Shown here piece by piece: positions 12,071 to 24,270 of a stretch of 64,000 bases of DNA (within the stretch, counting starts at the first letter, position 1; each line of letters opens with the position of its first letter). Both the position numbers and the translations under genes were made by a program. The DNA comes from Marsupella aquatica (taxonomy: Eukaryota > Plantae > Marchantiophyta). The notes below the pieces were generated by a model. The model ran no database searches and had not been told where the DNA came from. It worked only from the letters and a program-made list of their open reading frames with translations. The DNA lies in assembly GCA_973895155.1 (NCBI GenBank), contig OZ316895.1:1440412-1504411 (forward strand). Direction: 5' to 3'.

Positions 12071-12520
12071 ATGGTGAGGACCCGCAACGCTGAACATGTG
12101 CGACTTGCACGCAAGGCAGAGATGTTGCGCCTTGAGTATGTCAGACTTGGGATCCTTCCAGCCCAGTCTGCATGGTACTTTGAGTACCCTGTTGTTTCCA
12201 AGAACAACTACAGCCGGCCTCTACCTGCTTCAGTACCCTTCCCGACATCCTTGGTATTTGTGTCTCTTGTACATGACCCACCACAAATTAGGTGCCAAGG
12301 GTGTGTACACAGTTGCCAATATGACTGTCCTGCCTGTAGGGCTTCTGGCCCAGAATTGGATGACCGTTCTCTTGGATGCCGATTTTTGCACAGAGCACAA
12401 TGTATCATCTGGAACCACTCGCCATCCTGCAGTGTGCCTGGTGATGTCACTTGTCCTGCCCTCCCAGACCCCACCACCGGTGACTTTGGTGTCTACACAT
12501 GTTTGGATCACATGCTCTAG
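12071..12520 (+). CDS. Cargo ORF A of E1: 149-aa Cys/His-rich protein of unknown function
   Basis: Intact ATG-to-stop ORF; 139/149 aa identical (manual count) to 29954-30403; pattern CxxC..CxxC..CxxxHxxxC..CxxH. Confidence 0.6.
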   Translation: MVRTRNAEHVRLARKAEMLRLEYVRLGILPAQSAWYFEYPVVSKNNYSRPLPASVPFPTSLVFVSLVHDPPQIRCQGCVHSCQYDCPACRASGPELDDRSLGCRFLHRAQCIIWNHSPSCSVPGDVTCPALPDPTTGDFGVYTCLDHML

Positions 12521-13290
12521 AGGACCACTTGTCACACCGCATGCACAGACCAGATACCATTGACCTATAGCTTAACACTCTGACTTCAACACAGAGGATA
12601 TTTACTTAAAATTTTGATGTATGAGCAATTTTGGGTCCAGGGTTTAGGGTCAACAGTACATAACTTATATCCTATTATGCCTGCACTAAGCAAAATATCC
12701 TAATTTAAGAGGCTAGCAAACTCGCATAAAAGTCTCTATTGAAAGACTGCTTTCATGACTGCTTTAACCTGGTGAACATTGCAACGTTGAATGAATTAAT
12801 GGGCCATGTGATAATATGCAAAATGATTTATGCCTCACTTATTTGTCTCAGCCACTATCATAACCTATTTAGGATGTATAAATTTCAACCCTTATGACAC
12901 TGCTTCATACCAATCCTCTTCGAAGAATGCCTGTTTTACATGTCACGACTATTGTATGTGATTCAAATGCATGAAATGTTGTTGCAGATCTCCTTTGGTG
13001 AATCATAGCCACAATTAAAATTGAGGTGTTGGTGGAGAAATTGTATTAGGGGATCAGTTTTGTGTGTGGGCTCAACATACCAAAAGTATGTGTGCTCTGC
13101 ATCCTTGTGTGGCCATTCCAATTCATTGCAGTAGCAAATGCCTTTGTACCTTAAATGCTAAATATATTTTACTTTCTGTGCAGTCTGCTAAATTGTAGAG
13201 TCTATCTAAATGCCTTTGTACCTTAAATGCTAAATATATTTTACTTTCTGTGCAGTCTGCTAAATTGTAGAGTCTATCTCATGCGCAGGC

Positions 13291-13949
13291 ATGGCACGGC
13301 CTAAAATTCAAGCCAAAAAGCGTGTGACAGAGGTGAGAAACACAGGTGTACTTGGGGCAGATGCTACTAACTTCTCTGCAAGTCAGATTTTCCAGAAGGC
13401 AGCTCATTGTTGTGCCATTTGTGACGATGGTGGGGGCCTGGTCATTTGTGAGGGCCCTTGCATGAGGCATTTCCACCTCAACCCGGAGTCTGACCTTGCT
13501 GCAGAAAACAACTGTCCAGGGGTGGGCCTCCCGTCAACACACCAGGGAGACTGGATGTGCACTGATTGTTTGGAGAAGCAGGCTAAGTGTGCACAGTGTG
13601 GGAAGTTGATGCTGCAGCAAATGTTAGGAAATGTCCAGACCGTTTTTGTGTGAGATTTTTCTGTTTTGAGTGTTTGCCTGCTCATGCCACAGCTTGCCCA
13701 CTTCATAGGTGCAAGGCATGTGGTGAGCATGATGATGACTACTGGACTGACATAGTCCACTGTGCTAGGTGTCCCACTATGTGGCACTATCATTGCCTGA
13801 AAGATCATCAAGCAGAGGGTTATGCTTGTGACAGAGAAATCTATGATCACTCTGCACATGGTGTTGATCGATGGATATTTTATTGTCATCGCCATGCCAT
13901 TGATCCTACCTCGCGCACTCCTGTGAGAGATCACATATCTTGGCTGTGA
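13291..13949 (+). pseudogene. Cargo ORF B of E1: EDM2-type composite PHD finger protein, frameshifted
   Basis: CAICDDGGGLVICEGPCMRHFH..CPLHRCKAC..CARCPTMWHYHCL..RWIFYCHRHAIDPTSRTPVRDHISWL. A 22-bp deletion relative to E2 at about 13610, bounded by GTTG microhomology, shifts the frame. Confidence 0.85.
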
Positions 13950-14541
13950 AGCTGAACATTGTACATGCACAGTGCACCTGATGTGGATGTACTATTTTTT
14001 GAGATTGCAGAGATTCCAATTTTGAAAAGGAGTTGGGTAGGCGAGTTTATATAGACAACACTTATCTTGTGCTCTGGCGTCAGTGGCTGGGTACATGCCT
14101 ATACAAAATTATCCTTACAAGCCTTCTTGGAAGTATTTAGGCTGAGTGGTCATTTTCATAAACACTTTCATCAGACTGCTAAATTAAAACAGGACTTCTA
14201 AGTTGTAAGCGTATAAATTATCAGGCATGCAATTAATCAAATTGCCCTATAAGTTTGTCATTGAATGTATCCTCCTTTACAACAAAATATGTATGTGCCA
14301 TGACAAGTTGGTTGCACTTCATTTCACCACGGATATGGATTTTGTAGTATATATTCAAACAATGTCCTGCATCCGTGCAGGTGCCTAGTACGTATTGTTC
14401 ACATATCCCTTGTACCTATCAAAATCGGACCTGAGCACCAGTGGGCCAGATCAACTCAAAAAGCAGGAATTTTGTTGTCCTTGTATTGTCAGGTGAACCC
14501 ATTCTTCCAAAATTCACTGTCATCACGTAGAGTGTGTGTAC

Positions 14542-15414
14542 ATGGAGCCTGGTAAACGTAGAAAGTGTGACCACCCAGCAGTGTTTACAGGGGTCAGAGC
14601 GATTTTGGTCCATGGCTAGCATGGGTTGACCAAAGTGCATTGGCCAACTGTACAGAAACGATTCTCTGAGCTCCATGGCACTGTAGTTCAGGACATCACT
14701 CCAGAGACTACACATGTTGTTGCAGGGACATGGCTATCAGTGATAAAGAAGTGGTCATGGTCCTACATGAATTCTGCAATTACTAAGCAAGGCCTAAAAG
14801 TAGTTGAGGCCTCTTGGATCACAGATTCCATAGCACATAAGATTGTACAGGATACTGAGCAATATGAGTTGTGGGAGGATGAAGAAGCTACTGCATCAGC
14901 TTGGGCTGAACAAGAAGTCTGGGAAGCAAAGGCACGGCTTGCTGATCTCCAATATGGACCTGTACTCAACAAAGGACAGAGCTCTACAAGGCTGAAGAGT
15001 ATGTTGGTTGAGGAGACGAAGCAACCAACCCCCATTCTGAAAGGGCTGAGCATGGTATTTGTGGAGGCGGGAATTGGAGAGGTTAAGTGCAAAGTGTACA
15101 AGTCCACAGTGCTTGACCTAGGTGGGACAGTGGAGGAGAATATAACAGAGGACACCACTCATGTCATTACTAAGTCATATCCCAAAGCCTGCCGCAAGTT
15201 TGGGAAGGGAGACATTCGCTTTTATGTCATGTCCCATAATGTGTTTGTGGTTTCATATGCTTGGCTTGTGGAATCAGTAGCAGCTGGGAAGCGTCAAAAC
15301 CCAATGGACTATGATCTTTTTGAGGCCTGGCCACGGAAGGGTCAGGATCCTTACAGAGAGGACTATGAGACAACAAGTGAGGAATGGGTCATTAGCGATT
15401 CTGAATCAGAGTGA
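14542..15414 (+). pseudogene. Cargo ORF C of E1: tandem BRCT protein with a premature stop
   Basis: Two BRCT repeats (HGTVV..TTHVV..VVEASWITDS; LGGTVEE..TTHVI..VVSYAWLVES). ATG 14542 aligns with the E2 start; in-frame TAG at 14617-14619. Confidence 0.85.
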
Positions 15415-15847
15415 GGAGTAGTAGCATCAGTTTGGACACAAGTTTTTTTGTATAAATCAGATCATTGAAATAAATGTGATCTTTGAACTAATGTACCTTG
15501 TTATGGTTGGTGGCAGTTGGGCTTATTTTACTGTTGGCGGATTGTTGTTTCCTGCTGCCTGGGGGTGTCACTGTAAATGTACATGCAGAGGCGGTACATT
15601 TGAGGACAGCGGAGGAGGTGGTGACACCCTCCAACATTTAGGAATTTTGTGTCATTCACTTGACAATAGGTACACTACTTGCGAACCTGTTTTTTTCTTT
15701 TGGGGTGGTTTAGGGTTTGTGAGAATTTAGTACACGTTATGTTAACTCTTTTGGCAGATACAGTCAGGGATATATGGAACACAAATACCACCATTAGGCA
15801 TCCTTGTTCACTGCTGTCCATGACTGCAGAGCTCCCAGCCTGTTACA

Positions 15848-18800
15848 ATGCACCCTGGTCACCACCCTCCCCAGACCCAGCCCAGGGCACAGGCACTGCC
15901 TTTGCATCATCCCACAAGGATATCACGCCATGATAATAAGCTTTGGCAGCGTGAAAGGTTACGAACCAGACTTTCAGGAGCCAGTAGGATGAGATGTCCT
16001 TGTGCAATCTGCCAAGGATCCCGTACCAGGGGTCTGAATGAGGTTTGGCGGCATATCGCGGTTCATGGAAGAGATCCACGACATCGAGTTTGGAATGATC
16101 CTGCAGAGGAAGATTCTTCCGACGAGGAGTGGAGGTTAGAATTGATGCTGCCAATGCTGCAAGACGGGCAAGTGAGGTTCTGCCTGGTGCATTTGAAAAT
16201 GTTGTAGCTGGTCTCTGTGGGTTGTCAGCTCTCCAACGGGATGGTGCTCAGGCAGCACCACGTGACGAAGGAATTCATGTGGAAGAGATGGTGAGAGACA
16301 TCTTCCAAGACTTGGATGCATTTCATGATGGGCTGGACAATGAAGAGGATACGGCTGCAGATGCAAGTGTGCCCCCTGTCGAAGAGCCTCTTGATGAATT
16401 TGAGATAGGGCAGGAAACCCCTGGGCATGATGGGATGTTTGGCTCTCCCCTACAAATACAGGAAGGCAGGAAGTCTTTGTACCCCGGTAGCAAATGTTCT
16501 AAACTGGGATTTGTCATCATGTTCCTGAACATTTGCGGCAACCACAATGTCCCCAACGTTTTGGTTTCTGAGTTGTTGGCATTCTTGCGAACAACTGTGC
16601 TACCAGATGGTAATATTTTGCCCAAGAACATGTACGAGGCAAAAAGATGCATATCTAATCTTGGATTGAACTATGATTCGATCCATGCCTGTCCTGATGG
16701 GCATGTTCTTTTCAGAAAGGAGTATAAAGAATCGTTGACATGCCCTAAGTGTGGGAAGCACAGGTATCGGAACTCAGGAAAGTCTATGGTTCCCGCCAAG
16801 GTACTTCGTCATTTTCCACTCATTCCCAGACTTCAGCGGATGTTCAGAAGCCGTGCCATCTTGGAGATGATGACTTGGGCAACTGACAAGAAAAGTGATG
16901 ATGGGCTACAACGACATGCTGCAGATTCAAGGCAATGGAAACTCATAGATGAGATGTATCCCGAATTTGCTGTTGAGCCGAGGAATGTCAGACTTGGGCT
17001 GTCATTGGATGGGGTAAACCCATTTGGAGACAAGAACAACAAATTTTCGTGCTGGCCTGTAACTATTTTGAATTATAACCTTCCTCCTTGGATGACTACA
17101 AAGCGATTTTTTGTTCTGATGGTCCTACTGATACCAGGGCCAGACAGTGCTGTATCTGCCAACATAGATGTGTTTCTGGCTCCCCTAGTGGAGGAATTGA
17201 GAAAGCTTTGGGAGGAAGGAGTTCTCACATATGATGTCCTACAGAGGCTTGGGAGGTTAAACCCATTCATCCTTAGAGCCATTGTCATTCTGACTATAGC
17301 TGACTACCCAGCCCATGGGATGATATCAGGCCAAACAACAAAAGGATATTGTGCTTGTACTATCTGTGGGCGCAATGTCACCAGTGAGTACTCCAGAGCC
17401 TTGCAGAAAGTGATATACATGGGCCATCGTCGTTTTCTGAAGGCAGATCACCCTTACAGAGAAAGACAGGCACTGATTGCACACTTTGGCAATGAGATTG
17501 AGCAACGTGGACCCCCGGCACGAGTGACCAAAGAGGAGATCAGGCAGTGGGGAGCATTGAGGGATGACTATATCAAACGAGGGGGCAGGGAAGATGGAGT
17601 GAGTGATCCAATAAAGCGATATGGTGTAAAAAGACTGAGCATATTGGACTTGGAGCTCAAGTACTGGAGGGTAAGCCTCTTGGAGTTGATGCTAATTGGG
17701 ATACATGTTTTGGTTCAGAGCATGTGCATTCATTTCGAAGAGAGAGACTAAACTTGAGGCATTTCCTGACGCTTTTGCATTGCAACGATGCAAGAGTTTG
17801 AGCCAAGCAAACATAACATTGATGTTATGCACATTGAAAAGAATATTTGTGAGAGTCTACTCAGATTCTTGTGTGGAGAGAAAGACACTGGTTCAGTGAG
17901 ATTGGATCTTGAACAGAGGGGAATGAAACCCCATCTTTGGTTGAGGCCACATGCCCACAGAGCTGATGTGCTCTTGAAGTACCAAGCACCCTATGTTCTG
18001 ACAGACACAGAGTGGGAACTATTTGTGCAGAGGTTGAGTTCTTTGAAGGTTCCTTCAAACTATGGCAGTGCTTTCAAGAAGCATATCATGACTAGAAAGC
18101 TTGGTAGTATGAAAAGCCATGACTACCATATGTTGATGCAATAGGTGTTGCCTTTATGCCTGAGGGGCCTGTTGCAGAAGCCTGTTCGTACTGTGATCAT
18201 GCGACTCAGTGATGTGTTTCGTCGTATTTGTGTGAAGGTTTGGGATGAAACACACTTCCCACAACTGACAGAAGATGTCGCTCAGGTGCTGTGTGACCTG
18301 GAGATTTATTTTCCTCCCGCATTTTTTGATGTCATGACCCACCTACTTGTCCATGTTGTGGAAGAGCTACACCAATTTGGGCCTGTGAGTGCTCGTTGGT
18401 TGTACCCTTTGGAACGGTACATGAAGCTACTCAAAGGTCACGTGAGAACATATTACAAACCTGAAGCAAGCATGGCTAAAGGTTACATCAAGGATGAGAC
18501 TCTGGGATTTCTGACCGAATACATAGCACAATATGAGCATGTGAAGACCAGGGTGTGGAATTCTGATGAGGAGGAAGGGGTGATAGGTGAAGTACTGGAA
18601 GGGGCTGCAACCACAAAGAACCTGACCATATCTATGAGAGACTTGGCACATGACTTTGTATTGCACAACACTGTGGTGATGGAACCCTGGATACAGTGAG
18701 TGCATACATGTGCTATAATTCAGTTCATGAGCTTAAATGTTGTGTTCGTGTGGTTTTCTCCTTCAGCCTGTTCATGTTTACCCAAGCTAATGCTGTGTGG

Positions 18801-19578
18801 TTGTTCGTTCAGGGAGTATGAGTCATTGAAGGCGGCCCATCCCACTGCAGGAACAACTTTTCCAGGTTTCATGGAGTGGATCAGAGTGGCAATTAGAGAG
18901 CATCACGAGACCCACCCAGACATGGATGCAGATGTTTACCTACTGTCTAATGCCCCTAGCCTGAAAGTGAAGACTTACAAACGGATGAGAGCATATGGGA
19001 ATCACTTCCGAGTGAAGGATGGTGACAGTGCCTACAGGGTGACGAATGACTGCGGGCTCATCACTGTATTTGAGCAACAGAGCCACAATCATGACAGGGC
19101 CTGGATGGAGATGGGATATGTGGGAGAATTAGTTGACATATGGGCTCTGGACTATGGGGCGGTGTCCAGTCCTGTGATTCTTATGAAAGGTTCATGGGTG
19201 CGGCAGGATTGGCTTGGTAACAGGGCTACCATGAAGAGAGACAACGATGGTTTCTTGCTGGCCAATTTCAGAGGGAAATTGCCCGAATGGTCTGAGCCAT
19301 TTGTGTTTCCTAGTCAGGTGGAGCAAGCTTTCTTCCTGGATGTGGAAGACTCCCCAGGTTGGCGTGTAGTGTGTCATAAACAGGCCAGGCAACGTCGGAT
19401 GGAAGGATCAAACCTTGAGTTTCATTTACACTCTCATAGTGCCTTTGATCGTCGGCGTTCAGACCAAGTGCCTGTAGTTCATGATAGCTGGGACTTCATT
19501 CCTGTGACAAGGGTAGATGCATTTGCTGAAGGAGGCGAATTCAGAGATGCAGATGCCAATAGTGTGCCTGTGCCATGA
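15848..19578 (+). pseudogene. TnpD/Tnp2-like CACTA transposase of E1 (3 exons), disrupted
   Basis: Motifs MRCPCAIC, YDSIHACPDG, LRHFPLIPRLQR, RNVRLGLSLDGVNPF, IDVMHIEKN, MKSHDYH, FPPAFFDVMTHL, EPFVFPSQVEQAF. Exons about 15848-17670, 17794-18695, 18813-19578. Lesions: frameshift near 16142, acceptor reading CAA at 17791-17793, TAG at 18142. Confidence 0.93.
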
Positions 19579-19730
19579 GTAATGTGAATTGTTTGCATGG
19601 ACATTAGTGAGGGGAAGGATGTATAAAGTAATTCTGAAGCAACACAGATGTATGGATGGATGCCTGGTGATTCTGGTTGCATTCTGTTATACGGGGTGAC
19701 CATAGATGACATGTTTTTGTGGTCCAGTAG

Positions 19731-22700
19731 GATGGAACAGAGTGACACAGAGATGTGTGAGTATGAAAGGAAAGCTATGGAACAACGAGCATACGTGAAA
19801 GCCAAAATCGCAGAACTGGATCTGGAAAAGGATGTGGCTGAATTGTAAGTGAACGATTCTCAACTACACCCCTCCGCTGAGTTTGTGTGAGATGAATAGT
19901 TCAATGCGGCACTGAAATTGTGACTGTATTCTCATATTGGAATGTCGCAGAGCCACAGCATTTTCAAAGAAACAAAAGGAGTACGCAAGAAGGGTGACCA
20001 ACACTATCTCTGGGCCTGTGCGTCGGAGTGACAGGTTGAGCAAGAAGGTCGTACCTACAATGGCAGAATGTGGAGATGACATTGATGCTGCACAGGTGGG
20101 TGCAGACACTAGACAAGAAGATGCAGATGATGAGTATTTTCCAGAGGAAATGGATGAGGATGGGGGTTATGAAGATGAATACATTGCAGAGCAGCCCCAA
20201 AAGAAACATGTAAGTAGTTTTCCCAACAAGGTTTTGAGTTAAAAACTCTTGTTTAGAGGTTTCATATGTTCAGTACTACACATATGTACCTTGCTTAGTT
20301 CCTGACATTGTAGTTGGTGATGTGATGCAGCGTCCTGCCAGTTTTGTTTTGCCTTCAAAGCCTGTGCATGCACCATACCAGCAGGGGGGGCTGACCTCTG
20401 ATCAAGGTTGGCGAGGTGGTAGTAGTGGTAGATCCCAGGCTGGTGCCCAATACTATGGCAGGGGGCAAGCTCTAGGTTATGCCCGTGGTAGAGGCAGAGC
20501 AGGTCCAAACCCACAATCTCGTGGGTATGGACGTCCACCTCAACCATGGGGATGTGAGTATATATCTATATGCCAGTTCTTTGTGAAGGCATGGCACTCC
20601 TGAATTTCAGACTGCATATCAATTTTTGACATTGTTTGGGATGTATTGGATTCAGACAACATGAAATTTTGTCCACCTGCCATTGCATGCAGATTCTGCC
20701 CAACCTGATTGGGCAAATGCTAGTAATGATCAGTTCCAATGTCCACAAGGACAGACATGGGTTGAACCAGGTTGGGAGGATGGTGGTGGGTCGTGGAATG
20801 AACAAGGTTGGGAAGGTGGTGAAGGTAATTGGCAGGGATATCAAAATTCAGTACCTACAAACGCTGGAAGAGGAGCAGGTAATGTCTGATCTTGTCAGCA
20901 ATGGAAGAACTCATTATATGTGGAGTCCATTCACGTGGGGGGGACTCTGCACATGTATAATGATAGAAAATGTATGTGTGCAGGTTGGACAGTCGAACCA
21001 TCGACTCAAGTATTCACTAATGCCCCTATGCAGATGCAGCACGGAAGGGGGACAGGTATGTCGGTGAATGTTCAGTTGTTTTCCTACAGTTTGTACTTAG
21101 TTTTCAGTACATATGTTTGCACACACATACCTAGAAAGTGACATCATCCGGCCCCTGTACTAGGCTGGACAGGTGGTCCAGGGTCGCAACAATTTTAGAG
21201 TGCAGTCCCTGCACAGGCATCTACAGGTAGAGCTACAAGTATGTATGTTTGAAGAATTTTTCTTGAAGTGAAGCATTGAATGTTGCCGTCATCCATTCTG
21301 CTATATGTAGTTCTCAAGCATGAATGGCATTGTATTTTCCCAGGTGGCTTCAGAACCCCAGGTAGGGTGAATGAAGGGGTGGCCAATACAACGCCCAGTA
21401 CTACCGAGAGCAGTGCACGAGGGGAGGTGACAAAGAAAGGGAACGTAAAGTTGAATGAGAGACAATGGGTGGATGCTGAGTGTCCTCGCAAGAACCGATG
21501 GCATGCTGATTTGAAAGCTGAAGTATTGCGTTGGTTAGATGTGAGTGTTATTAATTTTAAAAAACAGCATCCAAAAGATTGGAAGACTGTATGTGAAAAT
21601 GTTGCTGCCAAATGGAATTATGTGGGCAGTGATGATGGCGTGGACATAGGTTGCCTAGAGAGTACAGCAGGTAAAATTATCAAGCAAGAGAGGTGGAGAA
21701 TGCATAAGGCTTGGAAGGAAGGTGGGGAGAAGCCAGATATGCCTCCACCAGCCAGTTGTGATGATAAAGTGTGGGCAAGGTTAGTAGCTTATTTTGTAAC
21801 AGATGCTTCAAAAAAGAAGAGTTCACAGATGACCGAGGCCAGGTTGAGTGTTCAGAACCCTAATCTGACAGGAAGGACCGGCACTGCACCGACAGCTAAA
21901 CGTTTGGTAAGAATGAATGGCCTAGCTATGTAATTTATGCTACACTATGTACTATTTTTTAGTGTAAACCCATACATGTAAACTTTGTTTTTTAGTGTAC
22001 GTTCCCTGAATATTGATCGATAACTTGTGTTTGCCATGCATGTGCAGAAAGCCCAATTGGGGCAAAGCCCTTCAAAAGAAGAGTTGAGGGCTGAAATTGT
22101 GAACACCCGGGCTCAAGAGGGTGCATCTGAATCCTCCAAGCATGTAAGTTATATGAGTTCTGATTGGTAATTGAATGACCTACGTTGAATTTCAGGTGTA
22201 CACTGTATATAACATTGATTGTGCATATATTGCCCAACATTTCATATGGAGTGATTGAACCTATACCCCTGTGTCATGTAGGGAGGTGGATCTTCACTTA
22301 CAGAGATAAGTGGTCGTTTGAAGGCTGTCGAAACATGTCTTCCAGAGATCAATGAACGTTTGAATTCATTGACTGACTTGTTCCATGTGAACTTCAAGAC
22401 ATTAATGGAAGCTGTTGTGTCGGTGAGAGATAAAATTGATTCCAATTCTGCAGGAGTTCCACCATCACCACTTGAGGTGGCAAAGTCGATGCACTCTTCT
22501 GGCATGCCAACGACATGTAGGCTTGAAGGTAAGGCCTTTACAACTGTGTGGGATATGATTATTAAATGTATAGTTTGAATTGACATTGTTTGTTGAATGT
22601 GTTATTTTCAGTAACATATATTGTGGTTGTTGTGTCCATAGAGAATAAGACAGGTGCTACAGAGAAGAAGTATGAGAACCTGGCAAATACTCGCTGTAAT

Positions 22701-23438
22701 TTAGAGGCAACAAAGTTGTAGTCTGTACAAGCAACTTGTTTGACAGAGGGCAGTCAACCATGTTTGGATGAGGATGACATTGGCAAGGGAGTGGATGATA
22801 TCAATGTTGGGGCAAATGAGGATATCAGCAAGCATGACAATGATACCATTGAGCCAGATTCATGCTATGTAGATCTTGACTCCATTGCAGAGATAAATGA
22901 TTTGCAGAATGTATCATTCTCAATGACAGGTGTGCCTCTTGTTGAGATAAATCCAACCAAAGAGTTAGTTGGTATGACACTCCCAGGTGATGAACCTGCT
23001 ACTGTGACAGTCCTAACAGAGGAACCTACTGAGCCTAGCTTCACTACTGTGAAGAGAGGAAGCATGCGCACACGAAGCAAGTCTGCTGGTGGGAGCAGAG
23101 CCACGTCAAAGGTTTCATACAAACCTCCAAGAACAGTGCTGGCAGAAAGATCTAAGGTGGAAGTGGGGAAAGCACCTAATGCTGAGGGACAAAGTGGCTT
23201 GTTAGCTGTTGATGAGAGTGGAACACGAGTAGGATTTGCCAGAGTGCAGGTTGGTTCCACAACGTTCCATGGCAAGAGGATTCCCCCAGGTTATTCAATA
23301 GTGTTAGTCACATTACTAGTGAAACCTAAAGCTGTCCTTCCCATTCCAAACACAAATGATGATCCTCCTCAAAAGACACTTGGAGATGCTGCAGGTTCTT
23401 TGGTATTATGGCCAAGCAAGTTCATAGAGGATCCATAA
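19731..23438 (+). pseudogene. Multi-exon TnpA-like gene of E1
   Basis: Spliced exons including 21343-21906 (KNRWHADLKAEVLRWLD..W.RLV.YF..KKKSSQM..R) and a C-terminal FHGKRIPPGYSIVLV..LPIPN.NDDPPQKTLGDAAGSLVLWP typical of CACTA second ORFs. In-frame TAG at 22719. The 5' exon structure is approximate. Confidence 0.75.
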
Positions 23439-23939
23439 CAATGTCATGCCATTATTTGTTTGTAGTGTGAGTCATGTTATGTAGATTTTAGATGTCAAGA
23501 AGCAGTACAAGAATCATGTCCTCTTGGAGATTCATAGTATCATGCATGTGCTTTCAGTTATCTCATCCTACAGTCATCAATTATGAGTTCCTGTTTTGTC
23601 TAAATTACATTGATCACATTGTAAACTATTCCATTGGAATTCAAATGATCTTCATTTTTTAGCAAGATTGTGATTGTGTTTAATTCTTATGAATGTTTTA
23701 TGTAGGATCTGCTTATATGATGCTTTGTTTCATGTGGATGTCATTCATGCTATGTTCATTTCTTGTATTCAATGTGTTATATTTCTAAAGTTAGAACATC
23801 AGGTTTCTATGTATTGTAATGTCGAGTGCTCTCTCTCCTTATGAACTGTCCCTCTGTGTTCATTAGTCATGGTTATAACTTGCATGTGAACCTTATTAGT
23901 TATAAACATGAGTATATAGAGTCCCAAATGGTTCTGTTG

Positions 23940-24270
23940 TGTGACGCGGGCCAGGGTCTCCATTGGTCTCTCCTGTGACACTAAATAGTCACACGCTAGT
24001 CGTTGTTGAATGCGGGTAAGTCATGTATGTGACTTACGATGTGACTCGCTGAAGTCATATTGCAGTCACGTCGAAACAAGGCTAGACTCCACAATAAAGT
24101 CACAGATCAGTCACAAATGGGTATCAAGCAAGTTGCAAAGCCCAGTATCAATAGTGACTTCCATTTTTTGGTCTCAAACTTTTGCAACTCCAAGGGTCAC
24201 AGCGTGGGTCAAGTCACGTTGAGTCACAATGAAGTCACATGAGCCAAAATGAGTCATATATTGCGGTCTC
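23940..24270. repeat. E1 right subterminal repeats, AGTCA(C/T) in both orientations
   Basis: More than a dozen AGTCAC/AGTCAT/GTGACT-type copies directly inside the TIR, with similar motifs at 6100-6290. Confidence 0.75.

Noticed and set aside
13136-13279. 72-bp tandem duplication upstream of the E1 PHD ORF
   Set aside because: Real but an ordinary local duplication, absent from E2, with no evident function.
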